57,734 nucleotides of DNA from a virus. Taxonomy: Duplodnaviria > Caudoviricetes. Both the position numbers and the translations under genes were made by a program. The stretch covers positions 1 to 57,734 of IMG/VR virus record IMGVR_UViG_3300030107_006967; one strand, written 5' to 3'. Shown here piece by piece: positions 18,821-28,694 of this stretch. The notes beneath the pieces are model-generated. The model saw only the letters and a program-made list of their open reading frames with translations. It was not told the DNA's origin and did not search any database. Position 1 is the stretch's first letter, and every line of letters starts with the position of its first letter.

Positions 18821-18855
18821 AAAAAAATAGGACCAAAAGCGGTTGCTTTTGGTCC
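18821..18855 (-). terminator. Rho-independent terminator
   Basis: GGACCAAAAGC-4 nt-GCTTTTGGTCC perfect 11-bp stem plus T-run. Confidence 0.8.
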
Positions 18856-18866
18856 CATATTCATTA

Positions 18867-19068
18867 TCACCGTTTTTTGCTTTCTTGTGCAGACTTCTTT
18901 CTAGCTTCGGCTCTGGTTTTATAGTATTTTACCAATCTTTTTAAAAACCACTTTCTAATCCTGACTGGTAGGTTATACGCTTCTTGAAATGACCAATTAC
19001 CATGCATCTTTAAAGTGAAAATCTGCTCATAAACCTCTTCGATCTGTTCACTCGTTAGGCCAAAAAAA
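18867..19068 (-). CDS. Frameshift extension of the tail assembly chaperone / gp51-like small protein
   Basis: FFGLTSEQIEEVYEQIFTLKMHGNWSFQEAYNLPVRIRKWFL; no convincing start of its own; overlaps the upstream gene at a T7 run. Confidence 0.6.
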
Positions 19069-19956
19069 GTTAATGTTAATCGGTACCTCCAATTCCTGTT
19101 CATAGCCACAATTAAGGCAGGAAAAATGACTCATAACACTAACTTTGGGAATTATGTTTTTGTATACCGTTCTTAGCTTTCTCGATTCCATAGCAGGCAT
19201 TGTATCAATATATTTATTTATGTAAGCACGATCTTCATTCCCGTTTACGGAAATAACATAACATTTGAGAGAATCAGTTATTAAAGAATCTTGTAATTTA
19301 TTTTTATTTTTAGATTTAATTACCGAGGCTAATTTTTTCTCGTCATGACCGTTCATAGCCTTAACTTCTATTTTGGAATTCATTTTTGTTAACTCAATTA
19401 AAAATGTTCCCCTTTCCGTCTCTGAATATGAGACTGTGCCATAAAAATCGTTATACTGTTCACTGCTGTCATTAACAAATCTGGAGTCGTTTAAATCAAA
19501 AGTAAATTCCGTTTTTTGTTTACAAGATGGACAAGTAATTTCTGTTTCATAATCTGGTCCATATCCTGTTACTCTAGCAGCAATCAAAATAGCATTTTTG
19601 TCCCCAATAAGGATGTCGTCTGGGTGCACCCTGTCCACCATTATTGACTGCAACAGCCTGTCAAACACCACGCCTCTTTTTATCAGAGATGTGGAAGCCA
19701 ATATATCTTCCTCTTTCGCTGTCATATACTTTATTTCTACAGACTGCTTATTGTGGAGGGGGTGACCATCTGGATAGTACTTGCCCTTTGATGGCAAGTC
19801 TACAAACTCTGTCGGAATCGTAAAACCCATCTGACCTATAGGTGCCGCCGGGGGCGGCACTTCGGGGTCTGTTGGAATTTGATAATCTTGTTTTGGAGGG
19901 GTCACTGGAGGGGGCGGACTTCCTAATCTGTCCTCATTATTTCTTTCTGTCATCAT
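19048..19956 (-). CDS. Baseplate hub/tail assembly chaperone (T4 gp26-like)
   Basis: VDLPSKG..YP, MTAKEEDIL, GDKNAILIAAR..GYG, two CxxC motifs, ends FFWP. Confidence 0.75.
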   Translation of the reverse strand: MMTERNNEDRLGSPPPPVTPPKQDYQIPTDPEVPPPAAPIGQMGFTIPTEFVDLPSKGKYYPDGHPLHNKQSVEIKYMTAKEEDILASTSLIKRGVVFDRLLQSIMVDRVHPDDILIGDKNAILIAARVTGYGPDYETEITCPSCKQKTEFTFDLNDSRFVNDSSEQYNDFYGTVSYSETERGTFLIELTKMNSKIEVKAMNGHDEKKLASVIKSKNKNKLQDSLITDSLKCYVISVNGNEDRAYINKYIDTMPAMESRKLRTVYKNIIPKVSVMSHFSCLNCGYEQELEVPININFFWPNE

Positions 19957-19989
19957 AGCCTCTTTTAGATTTTATTATCGATTACTATA

Positions 19990-20017
19990 ACTATAACACA
20001 TTAGAAAAAAATGTAAA
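19990..20017 (-). promoter_or_regulatory. Possible sigma70-type promoter
   Basis: TTTACA-16 nt-TATAGT upstream of the chaperone gene. Confidence 0.4.
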
Positions 20018-20029
20018 GAAATTTATTGA

Positions 20030-20638
20030 TTATGGTCCAACGTCTGAGTTTGGTATTTGCGTCCTCTGATTATTGTTGTAAGGTGCGCGGATACCCAAGT
20101 TTTCGATTGTTGCCCAGTCGTATCTCACTTCTATATCCATATTAACCATAGCATCGTCTTCATAAGAATATTCGCCCATATTGACATTTTTCAAAAATGC
20201 ATTTTTAAGAGTCCATATCTCAACAGGACTTCCTTGTCCATCGTATCCGGTAATGGTGACTGGACTAATAGCATCAGTCGAGTTTATCTTGTTGAGAGAT
20301 TGATATGAATATCCATCTCCTGCAAACTGTTTATCTGGGAATTCGTAACCAGAAGCAATTAACATTTTCATTAAAATACCCGTGGAATCCGGATTTATTG
20401 CATCCACAGTGGTGAACCTGAGTGTTTGCCACTCTACTCTTCCCGGATAATAAAAGGTGTGATTGTAAAAAGCATGCCTTGTTTCAGTAATGTTAAAGCT
20501 TGGTCGATTCACTCTGGTGATTGTCCAGATTGGTAAGCCTCCGACATCGAAGGTAAATCTATATTTTCTTTTAGGCTCACTCCGGGTATCGGACCAAAAG
20601 CTATCATTTGAATCAAAGTCGTCTGTGTATTTTGCCAT
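20030..20638 (-). CDS. Tail tube protein (gp19-like)
   Basis: EPKRKYRF, RPSF, YYPGRVEW, EIWTLKNAF, VRYDWA; directly after the sheath gene. Confidence 0.85.
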   Translation of the reverse strand: MAKYTDDFDSNDSFWSDTRSEPKRKYRFTFDVGGLPIWTITRVNRPSFNITETRHAFYNHTFYYPGRVEWQTLRFTTVDAINPDSTGILMKMLIASGYEFPDKQFAGDGYSYQSLNKINSTDAISPVTITGYDGQGSPVEIWTLKNAFLKNVNMGEYSYEDDAMVNMDIEVRYDWATIENLGIRAPYNNNQRTQIPNSDVGP

Positions 20639-20673
20639 CTTGTTAGTTCCTTTTGTATTTATAGCCTACAGTA

Positions 20674-20681
20674 TAAATAGT
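20674..20681 (-). promoter_or_regulatory. ACTATTTA putative late promoter
   Basis: Intergenic between the sheath and tube genes. Confidence 0.55.
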
Positions 20682-20696
20682 ATTCTTTTTAATTTT

Positions 20697-23600
20697 TTAG
20701 TCATCAAAACTAGCACCAGTGTTCGTAATGTTGAAATCAATTGCAATGTATTCAATTGCTCTAGCTGGCTTCAAGAAGATCTTTGCGTACATAATATTTC
20801 TATCAATCAACTCTGGGGTTGTTGTAGTTTCATCTAACACAACTTTAAAGTCAGTTAAACCGAACGCTGTTCGAATGTTGCTTAGAAACGGATCTACTTG
20901 CGCTTTAAATCTGTTCCAAGTTGTTTGTACATTTTGGTCGAAAAGAAGATCAGCAGCAATTCTAGAAACCTGCTTCTTCACATAAATCATCAACCTTCTT
21001 ACGTTAATTCTGTCCAGTGCGGATGGAGTAACTTGAAGGGTTTTTTGTCCAAAGATCACAATTCCCTCTTGTGGGAAAGATGCAATTGGATTGACGTTAT
21101 TTTCGTAAAGATCGTCTCTTTCTCCAGAAGTTAACTTAGAGCGAACGTTCGTAATTGGGAATCCTGCTGCGCCACGGCTCAATCCGCCTCTGTTGAAGCC
21201 AGCAGGTGCAAACCATAGAGCTTTTTGCTTGTCTGAGAATGCCATTGCTCCTATCGCTGCAATCGATGGGGGTGCCCATAGAGAACCTCCAGAAATGTCA
21301 TCAGTCATTCTAACCCAAGGATAATAAGTGCACCCATAGCTGGAGTTCATTCCTCTGCGTTGCATATTAGTAACAATTTCATCGACGTGATTCGTAGAAA
21401 TTCTTGATTGCTCAGTTCCTCCCGTCTCTGAAATTGGTAGATAGCCACCTTTAGGATCAATGATCGCCAATGCGTCAGCTCTGTCTTCACAGATATTTAC
21501 TGCATGTTGTGTCAGTGATTCGTTGGTAATTCCCGGAACAGCCAGCAAGTTCATTTCAACAAACTCTGGATCTGCTAAGATATCAAGTGCTTTTTTAACC
21601 GAATAGTACATAGCATATGTTTTTTCCGTTGCGTTATCGCGAATCGCTCTGCTATTATTAAGAGGCTCTGGCTCTGTAATATCAAAGCCATCAAACCCTC
21701 CGAACAGTGGAGATGTGAATCTGTCATAACCAGCGTCAAGAATATCCTTGTAAGATCCACTTCTAGCCGTTACTGATTGACCCGTTGCTCTAGAGCCGGA
21801 CGAGTATGAGTAAGCGCCATTTAAACTAGCACTTAAGTCGTCCAGAGTAAAGATAAACATTCTCTTTGTTTCAAAACCCTCTGCAAACTGTGCATAATCG
21901 GTTGGCAATGGTCTTAAGAGGTCTAAGTTGCTAGATTCGAAGTTTGTATTTAAACTTCCACTGTCTGTGCTATAACCAAAGTAAGCCAATGTTGGATCAG
22001 ACAAATTCCCATCTGATGCATTGTTTCTCAAGAAGACGGATGGGAATTCATAGGTGCACGTAAACTCTCCACCTCTCCGAGTCTTATATGCCACGTATTG
22101 GTCTGAAGTGTCAGAGGCGTGGAAGAAGTCCGCCGCGAGTGCACTAGCTGACATAACGTTATCAATTGAGCTGCTCATATATCCCGGATTAGCATAAATA
22201 ATGCCCGGTAATGAGGTGGATCCTGTCAGTGTGCTCTGAATTGCATTAAGCCTTGGACTGCCGTCAGCGCCGGTCCAGATTGGAAGTGCACCAAACTGCA
22301 CGGGGGTGGCGGCCCTTTTGAATGTATTCCCGAAAGCACTTCTAATGTTTATGAGACCGGAATCGTCGCCAGCGCTATATATCGAAGCAGTGTGTGTCAG
22401 AACGGAAGCTGTTGCCGCTGCTATCATATTAAGAGCACCTCCAGTAGATCCAGTCGTGAATTGTGCTTGGAAGTCTTGTCTCTTTAGTGGTCCTTGAACA
22501 CCAAATGGAAGCAACTCTGGGTTTGCTGTTCCCAACTCTACTGACTCTGCTACCTCAATTCTAATGAAGTTTGAATTATTTGGATAAGTCCCGTATTCAG
22601 TAATTCTTTTCTTTGTGTTATCCCACTCATAATAAGCATCACCAACCTTCCTAGCCACATAAGCATCAGAATTTGGATTTAGATTACAATTATCATATCT
22701 TTCTACAATCATTGGTCTAGAGTCATTATCTCTAAGTGACCTAATGACAATCGAGAAAGTTCCATATGGATCTACATCGACTCTGTTGGAATACTTAATA
22801 TTTTCAATGGATATTTTAAATTGCTTCTGTTCTGACTCGCCCGTACTCAAAGTATGGAACTTGAACAATCTAGGACATATTGCTGCGCTATCTGCGTCAA
22901 AAGCTGGAGTCAGTTGATTTTCGGTCACGTTTGAACTGGCTGCTGTTGTTCGCATGTCCTGAGACATAAACCAGCCGGTTTGTCCGGGGCGTGTTGCTGC
23001 TTTGAATACGTGACCACCCTGTGTGCTTGTTGCAAGTGGTGCGATAAATCCATAACACTGAGTTCCTGTTATCTTTGTGGCAACACTCTTTTCGAAAGTT
23101 TCTCCCAAAAAGTAATTCTTTACGGCTGCGGAATCTACTAGCGAACTGTTCACCAAAGTTGGATTAGTGTTGAAAACTTTGCGTATGTAATATTTTGAAT
23201 TTCTGTCAAAGTTAAACGTTAACACATCTGACGGTGTGCCTGCGTTATCAGACCCCGAAGTGAACAATTGTGCTGTAAACGTTTGAGCTGGGCTTGTTCC
23301 TACTGAGGATTTGATTAAGGTCATCGAGCCCGACACCGTTGGTGCATATGCTGAAGTTTCTGCTCCGGGTGCCAAGGTACCGGAGAGGATAATGCCTCCC
23401 GAATTAAAATACCAAGTGGCAGCTAAGACACCCTCGACGGAGCCGGTTGAGCCAAACGAGGCAGAAGGAAACGGGTTCTGAAGGAAAAGCCCGTAAGCTC
23501 CACCGGGGTTTTCTTGATTTGAGGGTGTAGACCCCATCAGCCAACCTGCTGCGGAGTTGTCTGTGGCTGATCCCACCTCCGGGTGCTGATCTCCCAAGAC

Positions 23601-23903
23601 TCTCACTACCGTTACAGGAGATCCGTTTTTAAGCCATGCAGCCGCTGCATATGCGCCATATGTTGGCGCTGTTGGAATTCCGCCTCTCCAGACGTCATTG
23701 CTCTCGTCGCCACGTATTGGCTCTCCAAAAATTTGTATAAGTTCTGATAAAGATTCTATTCTGGTTGGTAGGAATGCTGGTCCCCTTCTAAAACGACCAA
23801 TAACCACTGGTCCGACAGGGGGGGCTGTTTTTGTTAACTGTGAGTTGTCAATTTCCTTGACAAAAACTCCGGGGGAAACAAACTTAAAATTCTTAGCTGA
23901 CAT
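20697..23903 (-). CDS. Contractile tail sheath protein (gp18-like); true start MSAKNFKF at 23903
   Basis: FVSPGVFVKEID, YYPW, WFAPAGFNRG, LYENNVNPI, FGQKTLQ, ALDRINVRRL; AAGGAG SD before 23903. Confidence 0.95.
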   Translation of the reverse strand: MSAKNFKFVSPGVFVKEIDNSQLTKTAPPVGPVVIGRFRRGPAFLPTRIESLSELIQIFGEPIRGDESNDVWRGGIPTAPTYGAYAAAAWLKNGSPVTVVRVLGDQHPEVGSATDNSAAGWLMGSTPSNQENPGGAYGLFLQNPFPSASFGSTGSVEGVLAATWYFNSGGIILSGTLAPGAETSAYAPTVSGSMTLIKSSVGTSPAQTFTAQLFTSGSDNAGTPSDVLTFNFDRNSKYYIRKVFNTNPTLVNSSLVDSAAVKNYFLGETFEKSVATKITGTQCYGFIAPLATSTQGGHVFKAATRPGQTGWFMSQDMRTTAASSNVTENQLTPAFDADSAAICPRLFKFHTLSTGESEQKQFKISIENIKYSNRVDVDPYGTFSIVIRSLRDNDSRPMIVERYDNCNLNPNSDAYVARKVGDAYYEWDNTKKRITEYGTYPNNSNFIRIEVAESVELGTANPELLPFGVQGPLKRQDFQAQFTTGSTGGALNMIAAATASVLTHTASIYSAGDDSGLINIRSAFGNTFKRAATPVQFGALPIWTGADGSPRLNAIQSTLTGSTSLPGIIYANPGYMSSSIDNVMSASALAADFFHASDTSDQYVAYKTRRGGEFTCTYEFPSVFLRNNASDGNLSDPTLAYFGYSTDSGSLNTNFESSNLDLLRPLPTDYAQFAEGFETKRMFIFTLDDLSASLNGAYSYSSGSRATGQSVTARSGSYKDILDAGYDRFTSPLFGGFDGFDITEPEPLNNSRAIRDNATEKTYAMYYSVKKALDILADPEFVEMNLLAVPGITNESLTQHAVNICEDRADALAIIDPKGGYLPISETGGTEQSRISTNHVDEIVTNMQRRGMNSSYGCTYYPWVRMTDDISGGSLWAPPSIAAIGAMAFSDKQKALWFAPAGFNRGGLSRGAAGFPITNVRSKLTSGERDDLYENNVNPIASFPQEGIVIFGQKTLQVTPSALDRINVRRLMIYVKKQVSRIAADLLFDQNVQTTWNRFKAQVDPFLSNIRTAFGLTDFKVVLDETTTTPELIDRNIMYAKIFLKPARAIEYIAIDFNITNTGASFDD

Positions 23904-23955
23904 TGTTGCGAGTCTCCTTTTATATTCTCTTGGAATAAAAACAATTTTTCTTAAG

Positions 23956-23963
23956 TAAATAGT
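23956..23963 (-). promoter_or_regulatory. ACTATTTA putative late promoter
   Basis: Intergenic upstream of the corrected sheath start. Confidence 0.55.
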
Positions 23964-23987
23964 AAGGAGCAACTAGAAAGGACAAAA

Positions 23988-24935
23988 TTATTCAATATAT
24001 CCGGTTCTATCTGAGGAATATGGATTTTTGCCTCTGGCTTTACCGTCTCCAGAATACTCTGGTATGTCACCAAATACGGTTCTTTCTCTAGGTATTTTTA
24101 CTTCAACAGCGTTCTCTCTGACACTCACAAAAGGTCTTTTATCATTGGCTCCCTCGCCCACAAGATAACCTAAAACTTTTATATCTATAGAAGTTTCGAA
24201 TTTTCTCTCCTCGCCGTCCATTGAAGAAATGTTGTTATTTTGTGCAAAATTACCCTGCACAAAAGCTTCATACTTATGGTCATCCCTCTTCAGCATTAAG
24301 TGGTTAATGGTTCCGGGTCTGGTTGCAAACACCTGTATTAATTCATTCATCTGTTGCTGGTATTCTGTCCTCAATACCACCCTATAAGTGATATCGACAT
24401 ATACTATTGGCGGCACAGAAATTGTTTCATAGACCACTTTCTTGTTGTCTGATCGGCGTATAAACTTTGGTCCAGTCGTTGGGCTGTTGACTGGATACTT
24501 CCTTGCTTGATCTGCATTATTAAATTCCGAAGTCTTTTTTTGTTGAATTCTTCTTGCCACGACTAAGCCGCCGCCTTTTTCATCAGTATTGGCAAGTTGA
24601 TCACCATAGTATGCACCCCTCGTTGTTAGGTCTTTTACAACAGAAGCCCTCTCTATCGTTATAACAGGCATAATTATTGCGCCCTCATCATCTCTAAGCT
24701 CTTTTTTGTTTTTAATTTGATGTGACCTCTCAGCCGCAACCCAGATAACTGGTACCTTTTCGAACCCCTTGTTTGTGGTCACACTAAAGTTTATTTCTTC
24801 GTTCATATAATCATATATGGAATAATCTATTGTTTCCATCGTGGAAGGAGAAAAAGAAAAATCCTTCAGTCCGTGCGGGTATTTTTTAGAGATTGGCTCT
24901 GGTGGCAAATCTTTGTAGTCGTCGTTACGTTGCAT
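23988..24935 (-). CDS. Probable tail terminator/sheath stabiliser (gp15-like)
   Basis: KVPVIWVAAER, MPVITIER, P.YVDITY..., QMNELI; between neck and sheath genes. Confidence 0.6.
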   Translation of the reverse strand: MQRNDDYKDLPPEPISKKYPHGLKDFSFSPSTMETIDYSIYDYMNEEINFSVTTNKGFEKVPVIWVAAERSHQIKNKKELRDDEGAIIMPVITIERASVVKDLTTRGAYYGDQLANTDEKGGGLVVARRIQQKKTSEFNNADQARKYPVNSPTTGPKFIRRSDNKKVVYETISVPPIVYVDITYRVVLRTEYQQQMNELIQVFATRPGTINHLMLKRDDHKYEAFVQGNFAQNNNISSMDGEERKFETSIDIKVLGYLVGEGANDKRPFVSVRENAVEVKIPRERTVFGDIPEYSGDGKARGKNPYSSDRTGYIE

Positions 24936-25416
24936 CGAATACCCCCCTTCTTGCTCTTGTACATCTAGCTAATATTTCCATTTTATGGTCCACTTGTCCA
25001 AATATTTGCTTTGGTTCATCCAAAGATAGAATCTCATACAGAAAAGTTCCATACAAAACAAAATCTCCCTCTCTAACGAAAAGATCTTGGTCTTCTGTTA
25101 GCCTCCTCTTGTGAAAAAACACATCAATTGAAGATTTTTTATCAATACCAATATTGGTATTTGTTGACTCAATACCTTGCCACTGCACTAATGCATGTAC
25201 TCTCACGGGAGGCAAAAAAGTCTTCTTTATAGCCTCACCGTACAAGGGATGAAAGTTTGTGTGCTCTAAACTTATTGGATAATAGAGGACAGTTTGACCT
25301 ATAACTCTTTCAATGATCTCATCATTAATCTTCTTAACGAGATCACGCTCCTTTTTCCCCGTAAACAGGGGCGGAGGAGGGTTATTAGGTTGTGTCCATT
25401 TGTTTTTTTTAGCCAC
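24925..25416 (-). CDS. Neck/head closure protein (gp14-like)
   Basis: GQTVLYY, HPLYGEA..K.F, VREGDFV, YEI; synteny. Confidence 0.65.
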   Translation of the reverse strand: MAKKNKWTQPNNPPPPLFTGKKERDLVKKINDEIIERVIGQTVLYYPISLEHTNFHPLYGEAIKKTFLPPVRVHALVQWQGIESTNTNIGIDKKSSIDVFFHKRRLTEDQDLFVREGDFVLYGTFLYEILSLDEPKQIFGQVDHKMEILARCTRARRGVFDAT

Positions 25417-25422
25417 TGATTA

Positions 25423-26712
25423 TTACCCCACGAATACAGGCAACGGTACTCCCTGCATTGTTTTTGTCGTGTTTTCTATTTCTTGCGCTGTTTCTTCGGC
25501 CAACTTAGGATATTCCATAGATTCCAATATTTCTTTTAATTCATCTCGCAGAGCTGTCTGTTCTGCTTTTCCTTCCGAAACGAGTGTGGGACCGTTAAGG
25601 GTGACACTATCTCCGGGTATGGGCAAAGAAGCAAATTTGCTCCTTGTGTTCCCTAGCATCTCTTTACAAACTGCTAGCGCGAATCTCCTTATCCACTGTT
25701 TGCCAATAGAATTTATATTTAAATATTCTATGTTTTCAAAGGGGAGCGTGTTCATATTGTTGATTCCTCGAACACCATGCTTATCCTCGGCTACATCCCA
25801 CGCATCAGCCGTGACACCAAACTCAACCCACATCTTTGTTGGAGAGACACTAGTTGCGTCTGGGAACAGCCTTAATTTATTGTTTTTAATCTCATAGGAG
25901 TAGTGAGATAGTCTGGTATAGATAGCGTCTTCGAATGCCATAGCTTGTGACTTGTTCTGCCAGACTGGGATTACTTCAAATGTAGAATCATCGGCATATT
26001 GACCGTAATAGGACAAATTGCCCACTGTGTTTAGCCCTCCAAAATATCCAAAAAATCTCCACATAGCCTGTGGTGTTTTATAGAAAACTTTTCTAATGGT
26101 TACTTTTTTATTGCCAACCTTGTTGTAAAATGGACTATCTGAGTCACTGGTTGATGTGCTTTCAATGATTGATTGTAAATCATAATCTTGTTGACCCACT
26201 GTGGTATCAAAAGATGCAGAATATATTGGCACATCTCCACCAAATCCACCCTCTGTAGCTACAGTGCTAGCCACTCTTTTTGCGTATTCAAAATTAAATC
26301 TTGGATATCTAGTTTCAATATTAGAGCCACTTAAAACTTCTCCGCTAACAATTTCCCCGTCTTGATCAAAGGAGCCGGTTGTGTTCCCCAAAAGGTCTGA
26401 CATTGCGTTTCTTGCTTGGTGAACATTCACAAGGTATGAGTATTCTAAAACAGCCTCTTCATACGCAGCATACACCTGAAACTCAGTCAGTTCCAGATCA
26501 AGAATATCTCCGCCTAGTTTTTGATAAACATAAGATACTTGATCGGACGCACCCTCTTTGAAAGCGGTGGCGGCTGCGTCAGTTGGAGCCTTTGCTACAT
26601 ACACCCCATATGGCAGTGGGTTAGTTGCAATATTGACATTATCTGTGTTGCCAGTTATAGGCAGAATAGACACACTTGTGTTGCTAGATGGTGTCAAAGT
26701 TGGAAGAGCCAT
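25423..26712 (-). CDS. Neck protein / head-tail adaptor (gp13-like)
   Basis: KLGGDILDLELT..Q, WIRRFALA..KEMLG..RSKF...PIPG..VTLNG. Confidence 0.8.
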   Translation of the reverse strand: MALPTLTPSSNTSVSILPITGNTDNVNIATNPLPYGVYVAKAPTDAAATAFKEGASDQVSYVYQKLGGDILDLELTEFQVYAAYEEAVLEYSYLVNVHQARNAMSDLLGNTTGSFDQDGEIVSGEVLSGSNIETRYPRFNFEYAKRVASTVATEGGFGGDVPIYSASFDTTVGQQDYDLQSIIESTSTSDSDSPFYNKVGNKKVTIRKVFYKTPQAMWRFFGYFGGLNTVGNLSYYGQYADDSTFEVIPVWQNKSQAMAFEDAIYTRLSHYSYEIKNNKLRLFPDATSVSPTKMWVEFGVTADAWDVAEDKHGVRGINNMNTLPFENIEYLNINSIGKQWIRRFALAVCKEMLGNTRSKFASLPIPGDSVTLNGPTLVSEGKAEQTALRDELKEILESMEYPKLAEETAQEIENTTKTMQGVPLPVFVG

Positions 26713-26752
26713 ATTTTAGATCTCCTTATTTTAAAATACATTTCACTAGTAG

Positions 26753-26760
26753 TAATTAGT
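26753..26760 (-). promoter_or_regulatory. ACTAATTA putative late promoter
   Basis: Variant motif after the capsid terminator, upstream of the neck gene. Confidence 0.5.
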
Positions 26761-26790
26761 TTTGAACTCCTGTTATGGATATAATCAAAT

Positions 26791-26822
26791 AAAAAAAGCC
26801 CCGCCAAATAAATGGCGAGGCT
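26791..26822 (-). terminator. Rho-independent terminator after the major capsid gene
   Basis: GCCTCGCCA-loop-TGGCGGGGC followed by T7 on the minus strand. Confidence 0.8.
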
Positions 26823-26848
26823 CTTAATGTGTTGAAAATCTAATCGAT

Positions 26849-28672
26849 TTAACCGTTCAGATCGCGCACAATGACAAGACCGTACATATCAGGTCTAACC
26901 ATCTTCTTGGCATAACGGGTCATAACACCCTTACGAGGTACGAAGTCCTCTACACCGAAGATAGTTGGTGTCACCTGTAATGGTACATATGGTGCGTACA
27001 CATATCCGCTCTCAAGGAACGATCCACCCTTGCGTCCAACAAGAACAGCGTTTCTTGGGAAATAAGGATCAACGTATACATCCCACTTCTTGCTCAACGA
27101 CCCAACGTTAACAGCACCAACTGTTCCCTTGTCGGAATCAGCAGTTACATTAGCGCGGAATCCAGCAGTAAACTCAAGAACATTCGCAACTTCTGGTGAA
27201 CAAACAACAAAGTTTGCTCCGCCGCGAAGAGTTTTTCTGTGGATTTGAGCCGATACATCGTTAATGGATTCGATGAGAGTCTCATACCATTCAGAAACAG
27301 TACCGGTGAAGTCTGCACCCATCAAAGATTCGTTATCTAGAGTTCCACCAATTTGTGCACCAGTTTCTCTGTTTAGGAATCTACCCGGACGACGTGACCA
27401 GTAAATGGTCCCAGCAGTTGCGCCTGCGATGAGGTCCTTAAGGATCTCTCTATCAATCTCAAGAGCAATTTGCTCAGAAAGAATGCTTGTAAGCTCAACT
27501 TCTGCATCAAGGTTGTGGTAAGCATTGAGATCTTGTCCCAATTCTGGTGTCCACTTAGCCTTGAGCTTCTTGGTCAACGCAGTGACACTCACGGAATCAA
27601 CTTTGATGTTAATTTCTGGAATGTTTTCGTTGTTTTCGAGTCCCCAGTCAGCAGCACCCGCTACAACGCCAATGCTGTCTGCTGCTGCTGCAACCGGATT
27701 GCCATTGAAGTTGTCTTCGATTACGAAGGTAGCACTGACTTCAGAACCAGTGACGGCGGCTGCGAGGTTGTTCGCAAGAGTGTTGCCGTCAGCCTCAGTA
27801 CCAGTAGCTCCAGTATTGGAACCAGTAGATACAAATACCAGATTGAGTGTAGCTTTGTTAGACCCAGTGGCGTATGATGTAAGTCTTCTTACGTGTCTAC
27901 CTCTATGGTAGTTAGTACCGTTTGCTGCTACAGCGCCCGGAATTGTGACTTGCAATCCAATGAGATTGTCTTTATTAAGCCTAGTGCCATTGGATCCAGT
28001 AAGATTGTTTGCCCAATCCGCAAAAGAGGCAACAACCACAGCCGAACCAGAAGGAATGTCTGCATCATATGCAGCTAATTTTGCCGCATCGGAAACATCG
28101 TCACCCGGCCATGCGTTGATCTGAGCCACAACTTGTAGGTGAGCATCATCAAGGTCAACCGACTGAGTTGGTGATGAGTATCCGTTGTTAAGAGCATAAA
28201 AGCCTTTCTCTGGACTCTGATCATCCGTATTAAGTGTCATCCCAAGGTCAACACCGCCTGTCAATGCTTGACCGACAACATCTCCACCGTAAAGTGATTC
28301 ACCTTGAACTGCACCTGCTGCACCTTTGCCTTCACCATAAGTAAAGTCAAGGAAGAAGATGAGTCCGGATGGGAGGCTCATTGGCTGAACGCTGACAAGA
28401 TCATTAGCAATTAGGCTACCGAATACACGTCGAACGATTGGGAATGCAACTGCTGCAAAACCCTCGACATCTCCACCAGCCATGGTGGATGCCGCTTCTC
28501 TCAAAAGCTCTTTCGCTTGGTTTTCAAGCAAACGAGCCATACTGTTCTTAGACTGATCGTTATTCAATCCTTCAAGAAGTCCAGTGTTTTCCCACTTCGC
28601 AAGTAGGGCAGCACCTTCCTTCTGGAGATCACGATTAACGATGCCTTCAGTTAATTTATTTAAAACTGACAT
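26849..28672 (-). CDS. Major capsid protein (gp23-like)
   Basis: KW..TGLLEGL, FPIVRRVF, VSVQPMSLPSGLIF, KLKAKWTPELGQDLNAYH.LDAE.EL, GYVYAPYVPL, GVMTRYA. Confidence 0.97.
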   Translation of the reverse strand: MSVLNKLTEGIVNRDLQKEGAALLAKWENTGLLEGLNNDQSKNSMARLLENQAKELLREAASTMAGGDVEGFAAVAFPIVRRVFGSLIANDLVSVQPMSLPSGLIFFLDFTYGEGKGAAGAVQGESLYGGDVVGQALTGGVDLGMTLNTDDQSPEKGFYALNNGYSSPTQSVDLDDAHLQVVAQINAWPGDDVSDAAKLAAYDADIPSGSAVVVASFADWANNLTGSNGTRLNKDNLIGLQVTIPGAVAANGTNYHRGRHVRRLTSYATGSNKATLNLVFVSTGSNTGATGTEADGNTLANNLAAAVTGSEVSATFVIEDNFNGNPVAAAADSIGVVAGAADWGLENNENIPEINIKVDSVSVTALTKKLKAKWTPELGQDLNAYHNLDAEVELTSILSEQIALEIDREILKDLIAGATAGTIYWSRRPGRFLNRETGAQIGGTLDNESLMGADFTGTVSEWYETLIESINDVSAQIHRKTLRGGANFVVCSPEVANVLEFTAGFRANVTADSDKGTVGAVNVGSLSKKWDVYVDPYFPRNAVLVGRKGGSFLESGYVYAPYVPLQVTPTIFGVEDFVPRKGVMTRYAKKMVRPDMYGLVIVRDLNG

Positions 28673-28694
28673 AGTTTTATTTCTCCTTTTTAGT

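Noticed and set aside
20672-20679. Canonical T4 late promoter TATAAATA on the plus strand (also at 33048)
   Set aside because: It points away from all genes; better explained as the reverse complement of the ACTATTTA motif, though antisense transcription cannot be excluded
23904-23972. N-terminal extension of the sheath protein given by the ORF track (similarly 6174, 49838, 51988, 52937 starts)
   Set aside because: The extensions run through promoter motifs or upstream genes; downstream starts match the SD position and/or the expected N-terminus
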